Position numbers and translations under genes: made by a program. 64,000 nt of DNA from Verrucomicrobiales bacterium (GTDB lineage: Bacteria > Actinomycetota > Acidimicrobiia > Acidimicrobiales > SHLQ01). The stretch lies in NCBI GenBank assembly GCA_047638715.1, contig JBLIMK010000007.1, forward strand, positions 4,265 to 68,264. The letters are read 5' to 3'. Shown here piece after piece: positions 1 to 9,194 of this stretch; the first letter of the stretch is position 1; the number at the start of each line of letters is the position of its first letter. Below the pieces are notes generated by a model that did no database searches, was not told the DNA's origin, and saw only the letters and a program-made list of their open reading frames with translations.

Positions 1-1116
1 AAATCGTCGAATAGGGCTTCGCCGCTCATTCCAGAATGCGGCGAGATCACCTCACTCGCAGCCTTTGGAGAGCTCTTGATTGGATCTGCGAGCAAAAGAG
101 CACTCGCGATCCAAGGTCTCGATCTTCGCGAATTCACCGATGAGTTGATTGCACGGCCGTGGCCCCACACCGTCTTTCTCGGCTGTCAGATGTCCCCTGA
201 GGCCGAAGCACACGTGGCTCAAAGCGGGGCCACGATCTTTCCAACCTTCGATGGTCTTCCCTACAACCCCTATCGCGGAGCTCTCTACACGTCCGACGAG
301 CTTCGGACGCACGATCTCGACGGCCGCATCTACCATCATCAAGCTCGTTGGCGAGCCGAGCCGCCGGCGCCGATTATCGAAGCCCTCGCTCAACGAATCC
401 ATGATCATGCAATCGACGATGCGCTTCACGCCTATTTGTTGAACCATCCGAAGGTCGTTGCGATCATGGGAGGGCACAGCCTGCATCGCGATCACGCCAC
501 ATACCGCACGGTCGCCGTCGTGGCCCGAGCGCTGACGCGAGTCGGACATCTGGTCGTAACCGGAGGAGGGCCAGGCGCCATGGAGGCAGGGAACCTGGGC
601 GCTTGGCTCGCCCCCCATGAAGACCGCGCGCTCGACGACGCTATCGAGATGCTGTCGTCCGCGGTCGACTTCTCCACGGCCGAATATGGCAAGGCAAGCA
701 TTTCGGTGGTCGAAGCCTTTCCCGGCGGCGCCGAAAGCCTTGCAATCCCGACATGGTTCTATGGGCACGAACCAACGAACGACTTCGCTACCGCGGTCGC
801 AAAGTACTTCAGCAACAGCATCCGCGAGGATGGCCTATTGGCGATAGCGACACATGGCGTTGTTTACACACCCGGAGCGGCGGGCACGGTGCAGGAGGTA
901 TTCATGGACGCCACTCAGAACCACTACAACGTGTTCGGCATCATCTCACCGATGGTGTTTGTCGACTCGGCGTATTGGGCAGATGATCGCCTCGCCGCTC
1001 CCCTACTCCTGCGACAACTCGCTGGTGAACGGCCCTACGCCGACCTGATCGCAGTACTCGACGAACCCGAAGAGGTCGTCGACTTCATCACGTCACATCC
1101 CCCGATCCGCAGTTGA
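1..1116 (+). CDS. LOG-family (TIGR00730 / lysine-decarboxylase-like) Rossmann-fold protein with N-terminal extension; probably 5'-partial
   Basis: ORF track 76..1116. Motifs VVTGGGPGAMEAGNLGA and YTPGAAGTVQEVF match the LOG GGGxGxMxA / PGGxGTxxE signatures. The same frame has no stop back to base 1, so the true start may lie upstream of the window. Confidence 0.65.
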   Translation, partial: KSSNRASPLIPECGEITSLAAFGELLIGSASKRALAIQGLDLREFTDELIARPWPHTVFLGCQMSPEAEAHVAQSGATIFPTFDGLPYNPYRGALYTSDELRTHDLDGRIYHHQARWRAEPPAPIIEALAQRIHDHAIDDALHAYLLNHPKVVAIMGGHSLHRDHATYRTVAVVARALTRVGHLVVTGGGPGAMEAGNLGAWLAPHEDRALDDAIEMLSSAVDFSTAEYGKASISVVEAFPGGAESLAIPTWFYGHEPTNDFATAVAKYFSNSIREDGLLAIATHGVVYTPGAAGTVQEVFMDATQNHYNVFGIISPMVFVDSAYWADDRLAAPLLLRQLAGERPYADLIAVLDEPEEVVDFITSHPPIRS

Positions 1117-1127
1117 GGGATCGTCGG

Positions 1128-2120
1128 CTATGGGATAACGACGATCTTGCCTTTCGCCCTGCGTTCACCAAGCGCGGCAATGGCGTCGGCAGCTCTTTCG
1201 AGCGGATAAGTGTCGGTGATCAAGGGTTTGATCTTGCCCTGCTCGTAGAAGGAGAGGAGCTCGGCAACGTTCGTTTCGTGCACGTCGGGCTGAACCATCG
1301 TGAATGCGCCCCAAAACACTCCAACGACATCGGCCGATTTGAGGAGCGTGAGATTGAGCGGAAGCTTCGGAATACCAGCGGGGAAGCCAACGACGAGAAA
1401 CCGACCCTCCCAGTTCAATGCCCGGACAGCCGGCTCGGCATAGTCGCCGCCAACCGCGTCGTAAATGATGTCGACACCGCCGCCACCCGCAGCCTTGATG
1501 TTCTTGGACAGTTCCTTCTGCTGATCTCGATCGAGGGGCTGACGAGGGTAAACAATTCCAGAATCGGCGCCCTGCCCAAGGCACAGATCGACCTTTTCCT
1601 GAGACGAGCACCCGGCGATGACGGTCAATCCCATCGCTTTGCCCAGCTGCACTGCGGCGAGCCCGACACCGCCAGCTGCACCCATCACGAAGAGGGTCTC
1701 ACCCTCCTTGGCGCGACCTCGCTGCTTCAGCGCGTGGTAGCTCGTGCCATACGCGAGGAGGAACGAACCCGCATCTTCAAAGGTCATTGCATCAGGAATT
1801 CGCCGGACCAATGAAGCGTGTACCGCGACTCTTTCTGCCATCGCTCCGTGCCCGGGCACGGCAAGCACTCGATCGCCAACGGAAAGGTTGTCAACGCCAG
1901 TTCCGACCTCCGAGACCACCCCGGCCAGCTCCGACCCCGGCGAGAACGGCCGCGGAGGCTTCACCTGATAGAGATCCTGGATGATTATTACGTCGGGGAA
2001 GTTAACGCTCGCTGCCTTCACATCGATGACGACATGACCTTCGACCGCTTCGGGATCCGGAACGTCCTCGACGGTCAGTGTTTCGGGTCCGCCTGGATCA
2101 GTGGAAAGAACGGCTCGCAT
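1128..2120 (-). CDS. NADPH:quinone oxidoreductase / zeta-crystallin-type medium-chain dehydrogenase-reductase
   Basis: 330 aa. N-terminus MRAVL..GGPETLTVEDVPDPE, cofactor loop VMGAAGGVGLAAVQLGKAMG and C-terminal RRAKGKIVV are typical of the Qor/MDR family. Confidence 0.85.
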   Translation of the reverse strand: MRAVLSTDPGGPETLTVEDVPDPEAVEGHVVIDVKAASVNFPDVIIIQDLYQVKPPRPFSPGSELAGVVSEVGTGVDNLSVGDRVLAVPGHGAMAERVAVHASLVRRIPDAMTFEDAGSFLLAYGTSYHALKQRGRAKEGETLFVMGAAGGVGLAAVQLGKAMGLTVIAGCSSQEKVDLCLGQGADSGIVYPRQPLDRDQQKELSKNIKAAGGGGVDIIYDAVGGDYAEPAVRALNWEGRFLVVGFPAGIPKLPLNLTLLKSADVVGVFWGAFTMVQPDVHETNVAELLSFYEQGKIKPLITDTYPLERAADAIAALGERRAKGKIVVIP

Positions 2121-2319
2121 GGTGCTCCTTGAAGAGGGTCGCTGGGCCTGCCCAACATAGGCGAGGAGCCAATGCCCAAAGAAGTGCGACGGTTTAGAGC
2201 TCGTGAACTTCGCCGAGTCTCAGCCCGAGTAGATCGGAAATGACGTGGGCGTAGTCGGTTGCAACCCGGCCGTTCGGCAGTGAATCCTCGATGAGAAAGA
2301 CGATGCGCAGGACGCGAAC

Positions 2320-3228
2320 CTAGCCGTCGAGGACGTCCGCGAGAAGAGCGGCGAGCTCCACAGGCATATCACCCTGAATACTGTGTCCGGCCTCGACGAA
2401 GTGTTCGATCCGCGCGTCGGGACGGCGGCGGCGAACCTCGGCTTCATCGGAATCATCGACAACCGATTGTTCGCGCATGCCGCGTGCGAGAACCAACGGC
2501 CCGGCGTGGCTCTCGAGAGCGTCCCATAACGCGCCGTAGTCTCGATCGACCTTCGCCGGCTCGAACACACGATGCCGGGCATGACGCCATACCCAACTGC
2601 CGTCATCACGCTGTTCGGCGTTGTGCAAGATTCCCCGACGAAGTGACGACTCGGTGCGGGTTGGATTGAATTCGACCGCCCGGGCCAACAGATCGTCGAA
2701 ACTTTCGAAGCTCTCAGGACCGTTGACGAAATCGGCGATCTGTTTGGCTTTCCCGCGAGTCACACCTGGAGTCATGTCGACCAGAACCATCGTTTCGAAC
2801 AGCGCAGGTTCCTGAGCCGAAAGCGCCAAGGTGGTCAATCCGCCAAGGCTCATTCCGACCATGGTGCTTGCCTGGGGCGCCAACGCTCGAGCAACGATCG
2901 CAACGTCTTCGGCGTTGCGTTCCACGTTGGCCGCGCCATCCGCGGGCGCGCCCGAGTGGCCATGCCCGGGCAGGTCGATCGCGATGAGCGGGCGATCGAG
3001 GGCAAGGCACACGGTGTCCCAGGTGTGAGCGTTTTGTGCACCACCGTGGATCAGGACGAGCTCGGGTGGGTCCACCCCCCACACGAGCGCGCTGATCGGT
3101 CGCCCGTCGGACATATCGACCGACTCTCGACGCACGAGTGGCGGACCGTCGTAGGCGATCCCAAATTCCGACGCGTTGTCGGCAAAGTAGGAGAATTCGT
3201 CGTATGGGACACGCTCGGGGGCCATCAT
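2320..3228 (-). CDS. alpha/beta-fold hydrolase
   Basis: 302 aa. LVLIHGGAQNAHTWD (oxyanion region), nucleophile elbow GMSLGG, and AGHSIQGD near the C-terminus. The start overlaps the stop of the upstream VWA gene by 1 nt. Confidence 0.8.
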   Translation of the reverse strand: MMAPERVPYDEFSYFADNASEFGIAYDGPPLVRRESVDMSDGRPISALVWGVDPPELVLIHGGAQNAHTWDTVCLALDRPLIAIDLPGHGHSGAPADGAANVERNAEDVAIVARALAPQASTMVGMSLGGLTTLALSAQEPALFETMVLVDMTPGVTRGKAKQIADFVNGPESFESFDDLLARAVEFNPTRTESSLRRGILHNAEQRDDGSWVWRHARHRVFEPAKVDRDYGALWDALESHAGPLVLARGMREQSVVDDSDEAEVRRRRPDARIEHFVEAGHSIQGDMPVELAALLADVLDG

Positions 3229-5255
3229 CAGCCCGCTTTGCGGATCATCTTCCTCTTCTGCTCCACGAAGTCGACCAACACGAAGTCACCAACATTTTCG
3301 TTGTCGGTGAAGAAGGCCCGTCCACCGTTCATCTTCGTGATCTGTTCGATGAAGGACGTGAGATACGGCGTGGCGTCCAACATGAAGACGTTGATTCGGA
3401 TGTTCTCTTTCGTGCACCGATTCACCTCTTTCAACGTCAGGTCGATCGTTTCGCGAGTCGGAGGGTAGTTGAACTCGGGCCGCCCAAAGTCGTTGATGTG
3501 CGCAGTCGGTTCGCCGTCGGTCACCATCAGAATCTGTTTCGTGCCGGACTCCCTCGCCAACATCCGCCGTGCGAGCTGGAATCCGTGTTGCATGTTCGTG
3601 CCATAGACGTAGTCCCAGGAGAGTTCAGCTAGATCCCGAGCCGGAACTTCCCGAGCGACCTCGCTGAACGTCACGATCCCGAGATAGTCCTGCGGATACT
3701 GCCCAGAAATCAGCGACTCCAACGCGAGAGCAACCTTCTTGGCCGGAACGAAGTTGTCACGCATCGGCATCGACAGGCTGAGGTCGAGCATCAGCACTGT
3801 GGATGTGCGAGTCGTCCGTTCCGTCCGTTCGACCTCGAAGTCATCGGGTGTCAGATTTACTGGCGTGCCACCGCCGGTGCGACGTATCGCATTTCTGACG
3901 GTGCGCTCAATGTTCAACGTGAATGGGTCGCCGAACTCGTACTGCTTTGTCTCGAAGTTCCGTTCGTGGCCCACGCCCGAGACCGCGACATTGTGCCGAC
4001 CCAGACGGTCGGCCGAAAGCTTCGTATACAGATCCTCGAGAACGTTCTGGCCAATCCGCCGGAGCGCGCGTGGCGTCAACTCGAGCGCACCCTCCTTGTT
4101 GTTGATGAGCCCTGCTTCCTCGAGCATCTTGGTGAATTGGCTCATGCGTTCCATCGACTCCGCAGTGTCTTCGCCAAGGAGCTCTGCCGCTCGTTCGAAG
4201 TCGATCTCCGCGAGCGCTCCGGGATTCGTCGTGCCGCGCAACATCTGCTCGATCTGATCGAGATCGCCGAGGTTGTTCATGAGGTCCATCGCTTCACCGA
4301 AGTTGAGCGGATCGACTCCGCTCGTGTCATAGCCCTGGTCCCACTGCAGGTCGGGGAACATCTGTTGGAGGTTGTCGCCGAGCTGACTCATCTGGAACTG
4401 GAGATCCATATCCCCGAGAAGCTGATCGGACAGTTCTTGAAGCTGCGCCCGCTGTTCGTGTGACATCGAATTGAGCATGGCCTGCGCCGCTGCCATCCGC
4501 TGCGCCATGTTCTCGAGCAGCTCATCGAGCGTCTCAGGATTCTCGGGAAAGAAGTCGCCATGTTTCTCCATGAAGGCGTCGAAATCCGGCTCTTGACCAT
4601 TGCTCCGCTGCTTGAGCATGTCGTTGAGGTCGGCCATCATGTCCTTCATTCGCTGATGGTCTTCTGGAGACATGTTCTGCACGGCGTCCGTCATCGCGTC
4701 GACCGACTGTTGCATCAACTGGCTTCGCATGTCGTCGAGCAACTCGTCGAAATCTTGCTGCGCCTTCTTCGAGGTGAAGTCGTAGTTCTGCAGCGAGCGA
4801 ACCTGACCGGGTAGGTCGGGCGGCAACATGTCGAGCGCCAGATTGCGTTCGGCTTCGGCCGCAGCGTCGCGGTCTGCCTGTGCAGGATCATCTCCCCCGG
4901 CGGAGTACTCCGCTTGCGCGGTGAGGTTCTGGCGTTCCGCGTCGACGATGTCTCTCAACCGCTCGGCGAGGTCGGTGAAGACGCCACCGACATCTCCCGA
5001 ATCGAGCATCTCCTCACGGCGTTCACGTAGCCGTTCGAGCATCTCGCGAAGCCCCTGCATTCGTTCGCCGTCGTGGTCGAACCCGTTTTGCAACAGATTG
5101 CGAAGGGCAGCATTCGGGTCGCCGTGATAGGCCAAATCGTCGGTCATCTGACGGAACAGATCGTCCGCCGTCATCTCGTAGTCGCCCTGGGTGCCATCCC
5201 ACGCGGAGTACGTGAACCGCTGCTGACGACGTCGACGACCACGGCGAAGGACCAT
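3228..5255 (-). CDS. von Willebrand factor A (VWA) domain protein, Rv0959-like partner of ChlI/MoxR-type ATPases
   Basis: C-terminal VWA fold with MIDAS-like VLMLDLSLSM, and a long acidic helical middle region. The ORF track extends to 5483, but the first 76 codons have poor GC3 and overlap a better small ORF. Start therefore placed at MVLRRGRRRRQQRF (5255). Confidence 0.75.
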   Translation of the reverse strand: MVLRRGRRRRQQRFTYSAWDGTQGDYEMTADDLFRQMTDDLAYHGDPNAALRNLLQNGFDHDGERMQGLREMLERLRERREEMLDSGDVGGVFTDLAERLRDIVDAERQNLTAQAEYSAGGDDPAQADRDAAAEAERNLALDMLPPDLPGQVRSLQNYDFTSKKAQQDFDELLDDMRSQLMQQSVDAMTDAVQNMSPEDHQRMKDMMADLNDMLKQRSNGQEPDFDAFMEKHGDFFPENPETLDELLENMAQRMAAAQAMLNSMSHEQRAQLQELSDQLLGDMDLQFQMSQLGDNLQQMFPDLQWDQGYDTSGVDPLNFGEAMDLMNNLGDLDQIEQMLRGTTNPGALAEIDFERAAELLGEDTAESMERMSQFTKMLEEAGLINNKEGALELTPRALRRIGQNVLEDLYTKLSADRLGRHNVAVSGVGHERNFETKQYEFGDPFTLNIERTVRNAIRRTGGGTPVNLTPDDFEVERTERTTRTSTVLMLDLSLSMPMRDNFVPAKKVALALESLISGQYPQDYLGIVTFSEVAREVPARDLAELSWDYVYGTNMQHGFQLARRMLARESGTKQILMVTDGEPTAHINDFGRPEFNYPPTRETIDLTLKEVNRCTKENIRINVFMLDATPYLTSFIEQITKMNGGRAFFTDNENVGDFVLVDFVEQKRKMIRKAG

Positions 5256-5319
5256 GGCCTGACTGTATCGGCATGTCCTTCGTCGTGAAGAGCGCGCCAT
5301 GTCGGCTAGCGGACCACGG

Positions 5320-5487
5320 TCAGATCGGTAGGTAGTCCCACAGCGTCGATCCAAAGAACGCAAGTGCGGCCACGATGAGACCCAGCAAGATGATCTGGCG
5401 TTCCGCGGGCATGGCGAATTCGGCGAACAGCTTCTGGGCCTCGTCGTCGTCAGTCTTGAGGTTGTTGGTTGGCATGTCGTCATTCAT
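5320..5487 (-). CDS. candidate small single-pass membrane protein (55 aa)
   Basis: Own translation: MNDDMPTNNLKTDDDEAQKLFAEFAMPAERQIILLGLIVAALAFFGSTLWDYLPI*. Acidic N-terminus plus one hydrophobic helix. Roughly 80% G/C at codon position 3, versus about 60% for the overlapping frame of the long ORF. Below the ORF-track size cutoff, and no clear Shine-Dalgarno. Confidence 0.35.
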   Translation of the reverse strand: MNDDMPTNNLKTDDDEAQKLFAEFAMPAERQIILLGLIVAALAFFGSTLWDYLPI

Positions 5488-5567
5488 CACAGGTTTTGCC
5501 CACTTCGATAGATGATTCGACCCCCTGACGCACGGCGAGACCGTTTAGTCGCGCGAGAATTCGGTTT

Positions 5568-6767
5568 GTGACTCAACGCGAAGACTTTTTCTGGGCCGGA
5601 GGCGCTTCTTCGCTGGCCATCGAAGGCGCCGGCCGACGATCGGACTACGCCCGATGGGAGTCCGCTTCTAACATCGAGGCCTCGGCGGACGGCAACGGGT
5701 TTCGCGAGCGATTCGCCGACGACTTCGCGTTGTTCTCCGCCCACGGGCTGCGCGCGATTCGGCTGACGGTCGAATGGGCCCGGCTCGAACCTTTCCCCGG
5801 CCGAATCGACCACGAGGAGCTCGAACATCTCCAACAGGTCTTCACCGCCGCCAACGAAGCTGGTCTCGACGTCTGGACCACACTCCATCACGGATCGTTG
5901 CCCGGCTGGTTCTCCGAAGACACGACGGGATTTCGCACCAACGACGGACCGTCGATTCATTGGAGCCGTCACGTCGACCGGGTCGCCGAGTTGTTCGACC
6001 ACTTCACCGCTGTCTGGGCCCCGATCGAAGACCCGATCGGCTGGGCGATTCGCGGCCACCATCTCGGCACGCGCCCGCCGAGACGACGGTCGACCGCCGA
6101 GTCCCGAGAGGAGGTCCAGAACGGTCTCGTTGGAATTCTTGATGCCACCTTCGACGCACACCGACTCCTGGCGTCAGGCGACACGCCGGTCGTCGGGACC
6201 TTCACAGTGCCGACCCTCCACGCTGTCGAGCCAGCCGCGCAAGCCGAACGCGCATGGTGGGACCACGTGTACTGGAAGAGCTGGACCCAGGCGATTACCG
6301 ACGGCGTGCTCGAGTGGCCATGGAGCTCGCCAACGGAGCGGCCCGATGCGGCTGACGCCTTTACCGCTATCGGCATCGGCATCGCAGCGCCGATCGCTGT
6401 CCAACCCGACGGAACGTTTTCTGCCTGGCCAGCCGCCGGGCGTCGAGACCCCTCGGGATTCGCTCCGCTTCCTGAGCAACTAGCGGACGTCATCCAACGA
6501 GCCGCAGAAGCTCTACCCGAGAAGGATCTTGTCGTGACCGGCCTCGGCGTCGTGAGCGCTGACGACGACTGGCGGGCAGAACTCTTCGAACGATGGCTCG
6601 ATCAGATCTTTTCTGCGGTTGAGGACGGTGTACCGATCCGCGGTGTCGTGCTCGATCCGGTGATCGACGGCTACTCCGAGGTGGCGGGCGCCCATATCGA
6701 CGCCGGCGTGTTCACCCGTGACCGAGAGCCAAAGCCGAGTTTTCGATGGATCGAAGCGCAGCAGTAG
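5568..6767 (+). CDS. glycoside hydrolase family 1-like protein (divergent, non-canonical catalytic motifs)
   Basis: 399 aa. FFWAGGASSLAIEG, GLRAIRLTVEWARLEP, TLHHGSLPGW and the C-terminal REPKPSFRWIE follow the GH1 beta-glucosidase layout. The NEP and TENG motif positions read EDP and TGLG. Confidence 0.65.
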   Translation: MTQREDFFWAGGASSLAIEGAGRRSDYARWESASNIEASADGNGFRERFADDFALFSAHGLRAIRLTVEWARLEPFPGRIDHEELEHLQQVFTAANEAGLDVWTTLHHGSLPGWFSEDTTGFRTNDGPSIHWSRHVDRVAELFDHFTAVWAPIEDPIGWAIRGHHLGTRPPRRRSTAESREEVQNGLVGILDATFDAHRLLASGDTPVVGTFTVPTLHAVEPAAQAERAWWDHVYWKSWTQAITDGVLEWPWSSPTERPDAADAFTAIGIGIAAPIAVQPDGTFSAWPAAGRRDPSGFAPLPEQLADVIQRAAEALPEKDLVVTGLGVVSADDDWRAELFERWLDQIFSAVEDGVPIRGVVLDPVIDGYSEVAGAHIDAGVFTRDREPKPSFRWIEAQQ

Positions 6768-7836
6768 TCCGCAGAGTTTCATAGGGGTCATACGGGTCGA
6801 CCGGCGCACGCTGCAATTCGACGAAGGTACCGCGATCCAATCGGACCGCATGCTCGTGGAACAGTCGAGCGGACAAAAGGTCCTCGAAGGACCAGCCCGT
6901 CGAATCGAAAACCGTGGTCTCGTCAACCAGGGACATCGAACCACTCAGTACATCGACGATGTCGGGTCCAAGCTCGTGGCGCTGCAATCGTTGCGACTCC
7001 CCCTCGACAAGACATTGGTCAGCGATGTCGGGGATGACTATCGCTCGGCGAAGGAAATCGATCGGCAACTCGGTCTTACCGGGAAAGTCAGATCCGACGG
7101 CGTTGACGTGGAGTCCGGATCGAGCGCCGGATAGATCGACGACCGGGCCATCGCCGATGGGTACCGACGTGCACGTGCACAGAACATCCATGTCGCCGAC
7201 CGCGTCACCGAATGCCGCCCGACTCAATACTTCTGGTCGCACGACCTCTTCGGGAAGACGACGAGCGAGCGTCGCAGCGACGGAGCGGTCGCTGTCGGTG
7301 ACGATCAGCCGATCGATCTTGCGCACGCGAGCGATCGCATGAATTTGTGTGACCGCTTGTGCACCACAGCCGACGACACCAAGTGTTATCGGCCCCGGAG
7401 CGGTGAGCGCCGCGGTCATCACGGCGGAGGCGGCCCCGGTTCGTAGCGCGGTCAATAACGTCGCTTCGCAAAGAGCCATCAAGGAGCCGGTCGTTGTGTC
7501 GTATAAGGCCGTCGTGGCCAAGACGCTCGGAATGTTCCGGACGGTCGGGTTCGAGGGGTGATAGCCAACCGTTTTGACGGAGACGACATCTCCATTGACC
7601 ATCGTCGGCATCCACTCGACCAAGCCGTGCGTCGGTGATTCGTAGTTGAAGCCGGCGCGAACCCGGTGCTCGACCTTCGCTGGGTCGAAAGACGCCATCT
7701 CGCGCCGGAGCACATCGATGAGCTCATCCATAAAGGCATCGAGACCAACGTCTGCGATCACCGCCGTCAGATCGTCCACATCCAAGACGAGCGTCGACAA
7801 AGGAACGTCGCCCATCATGCCTCGTTGTTCTTCCAT
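6712..7836 (-). CDS. ornithine cyclodeaminase / mu-crystallin family protein
   Basis: 374 aa. LRTGAASAV followed by the Rossmann loop LGVVGCGAQAVTQIHAI is typical of the OCD family. The 3' end overlaps the convergent GH1-like gene by 56 nt. The start could also be at MMGDVPL. Confidence 0.8.
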   Translation of the reverse strand: MEEQRGMMGDVPLSTLVLDVDDLTAVIADVGLDAFMDELIDVLRREMASFDPAKVEHRVRAGFNYESPTHGLVEWMPTMVNGDVVSVKTVGYHPSNPTVRNIPSVLATTALYDTTTGSLMALCEATLLTALRTGAASAVMTAALTAPGPITLGVVGCGAQAVTQIHAIARVRKIDRLIVTDSDRSVAATLARRLPEEVVRPEVLSRAAFGDAVGDMDVLCTCTSVPIGDGPVVDLSGARSGLHVNAVGSDFPGKTELPIDFLRRAIVIPDIADQCLVEGESQRLQRHELGPDIVDVLSGSMSLVDETTVFDSTGWSFEDLLSARLFHEHAVRLDRGTFVELQRAPVDPYDPYETLRTTAALRSIENSALALGHG

Positions 7837-8047
7837 GAGCCCCTCGCTTCTGGATGGAGTACGTCGACACTCCCTGATTTGGATGCGCGTGTGTGAGTTT
7901 TTCTCGCCGCTCCCCCACGGTAGGCGTTAACGATGTTTCGCCGCCCCGGTCATCGGGCCTACTTGCGATCGCAGCGAAAGGCCCTGAAGCACTCGCGATC
8001 TGACCAACCTGCGGCCGCCCTAATGCGTGTGCCAAACTGCCGCCCCT

Positions 8048-8336
8048 ATGTCGCAGACAACTCGCGCACGGCGTTTGGTGGCGATTCTCGCTTCCGATGT
8101 CGTGGGTTACACCCAGTTGATGGGCCGAGATGAGGTCGGGACACTCGCCGCGCTCGAAACGCACCGACAAGACGTGTTCGATCCACGGCGATCGCCACTT
8201 CGAGCTGTACCAATCCCAGCGGCCATCGTGGTTCGACGAGATGGAACTCTTCGAGAGCCACATGCGAATCTGTCAGACGGCCGAAACCGAGGAACGTTGG
8301 CGGGCCGGCTACCGCCTCGTCGGACTCGACGTCTGA
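8048..8336 (+). pseudogene. remnant of a class III adenylate/guanylate cyclase-type gene (N-terminal fragment only)
   Basis: MSQTTRARRLVAILASDVVGYTQLMGRDEVGTLAALETHRQDVFDP matches the start of the cyclase homology domain (RRLAAILxADVVGYSxLM...). After about 45 residues the similarity is lost in every frame. Total space before the next gene is under 350 bp. Confidence 0.35.
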
Positions 8337-8378
8337 TCAGCGGCTTGGACCAGGCTCAGACTCGTAGGGTGATCAGCT

Positions 8379-9194
8379 GTGCGAACTCCGATCGATGACC
8401 CGAACGATCCGCGGATTGGTGTCTTCCTCGGATTGAGGGATCACGCCGCCCGCCAAAAACGCGAACTCCCCGGCGGAGATATGGCCTCGTTCTTCATTGC
8501 TGAGGGCGACCTCGTTATCGAACGAGCAGTGCACCACGGCTACCGGCTGCGCTCGGTGCTCATCGCTGCTCGCAGAACCAAACCTCTTCCCCCTGAGGTC
8601 GGCGCTTCAGAGGTCTTCGAAGCGAGCAACGATGTGCTGACCGAGATCACGGGACGCCCCGAACTCCGCGATCCGTTGGCGTGTTTCGATCGGCCCGAAG
8701 AATCCGGAGTCGACGAGCTCCTGACAAACCATCGAACGTTCGCCGTGCTCGAGAATGTCAACAATCCAAACAACCTCGGCGTGATCATGCGAAACGCCGC
8801 GGGGCTCGGCATCGACGCCGTTCTGCTCGATCCAACCTGTGGCGATCCGCTCTACCGCAGGGCCGTTCGGGCATCGATGGGGCAGGTCTTCGCGATCCCG
8901 CATGCTCGGATCGACGCTTTCCCCGAGGGTCTCGACCTCTTGCACGACCGGGGCATCACGACCGTGGCGCTCTCACCCTCAGGCGAAGTCGACCTACGCG
9001 AGCTCGAACGACCGGCGAAGGTCGCGATCTTGTTGGGCGCTGAGGGTCCCGGGCTAACCGATGCGACCTTGAGCGCGGCGAACGTGCGGGCACGAATCGA
9101 CATGGCGCGCGAAGTCGACTCGTTGAACGTGGCGAACGCCGCAGCGATCGCGTTTTTTCACCTGACCGAGAAACCCCCGACCACGAATAACTAG
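8379..9194 (+). CDS. TrmH/SpoU-family RNA 2'-O-methyltransferase
   Basis: 271 aa. SpoU motifs NPNNLGVIMRNAAGLG, LLGAEGPGL and SLNVANAAAIAFF. Confidence 0.85.
   Translation: MRTPIDDPNDPRIGVFLGLRDHAARQKRELPGGDMASFFIAEGDLVIERAVHHGYRLRSVLIAARRTKPLPPEVGASEVFEASNDVLTEITGRPELRDPLACFDRPEESGVDELLTNHRTFAVLENVNNPNNLGVIMRNAAGLGIDAVLLDPTCGDPLYRRAVRASMGQVFAIPHARIDAFPEGLDLLHDRGITTVALSPSGEVDLRELERPAKVAILLGAEGPGLTDATLSAANVRARIDMAREVDSLNVANAAAIAFFHLTEKPPTTNN

Noticed and set aside
2194-2322. 41 sense codons continue in frame after the TAG stop of the alpha/beta hydrolase (VRVLRIVFLIEDSLPNGRVATDYAHVISDLLGLRLGEVHEL*), hinting at read-through or a lost C-terminus.
   Set aside because: An open stretch of 41 codons is not statistically unusual at this GC content. 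There is no canonical start codon for an independent ORF. The hydrolase already ends with a normal C-terminus, and the GC3 bias is only moderate.
5256-5483. N-terminal 76-codon extension of the VWA ORF given by the ORF track.
   Set aside because: Its composition is implausible (MTTCQPTTSRLTTTRPRSCSPNSPCPRNARSSCW...). G/C at codon position 3 is lower than in the alternative frame, which encodes a clean small TM protein. MVLRRGRRRR at 5255 is an adequate start.
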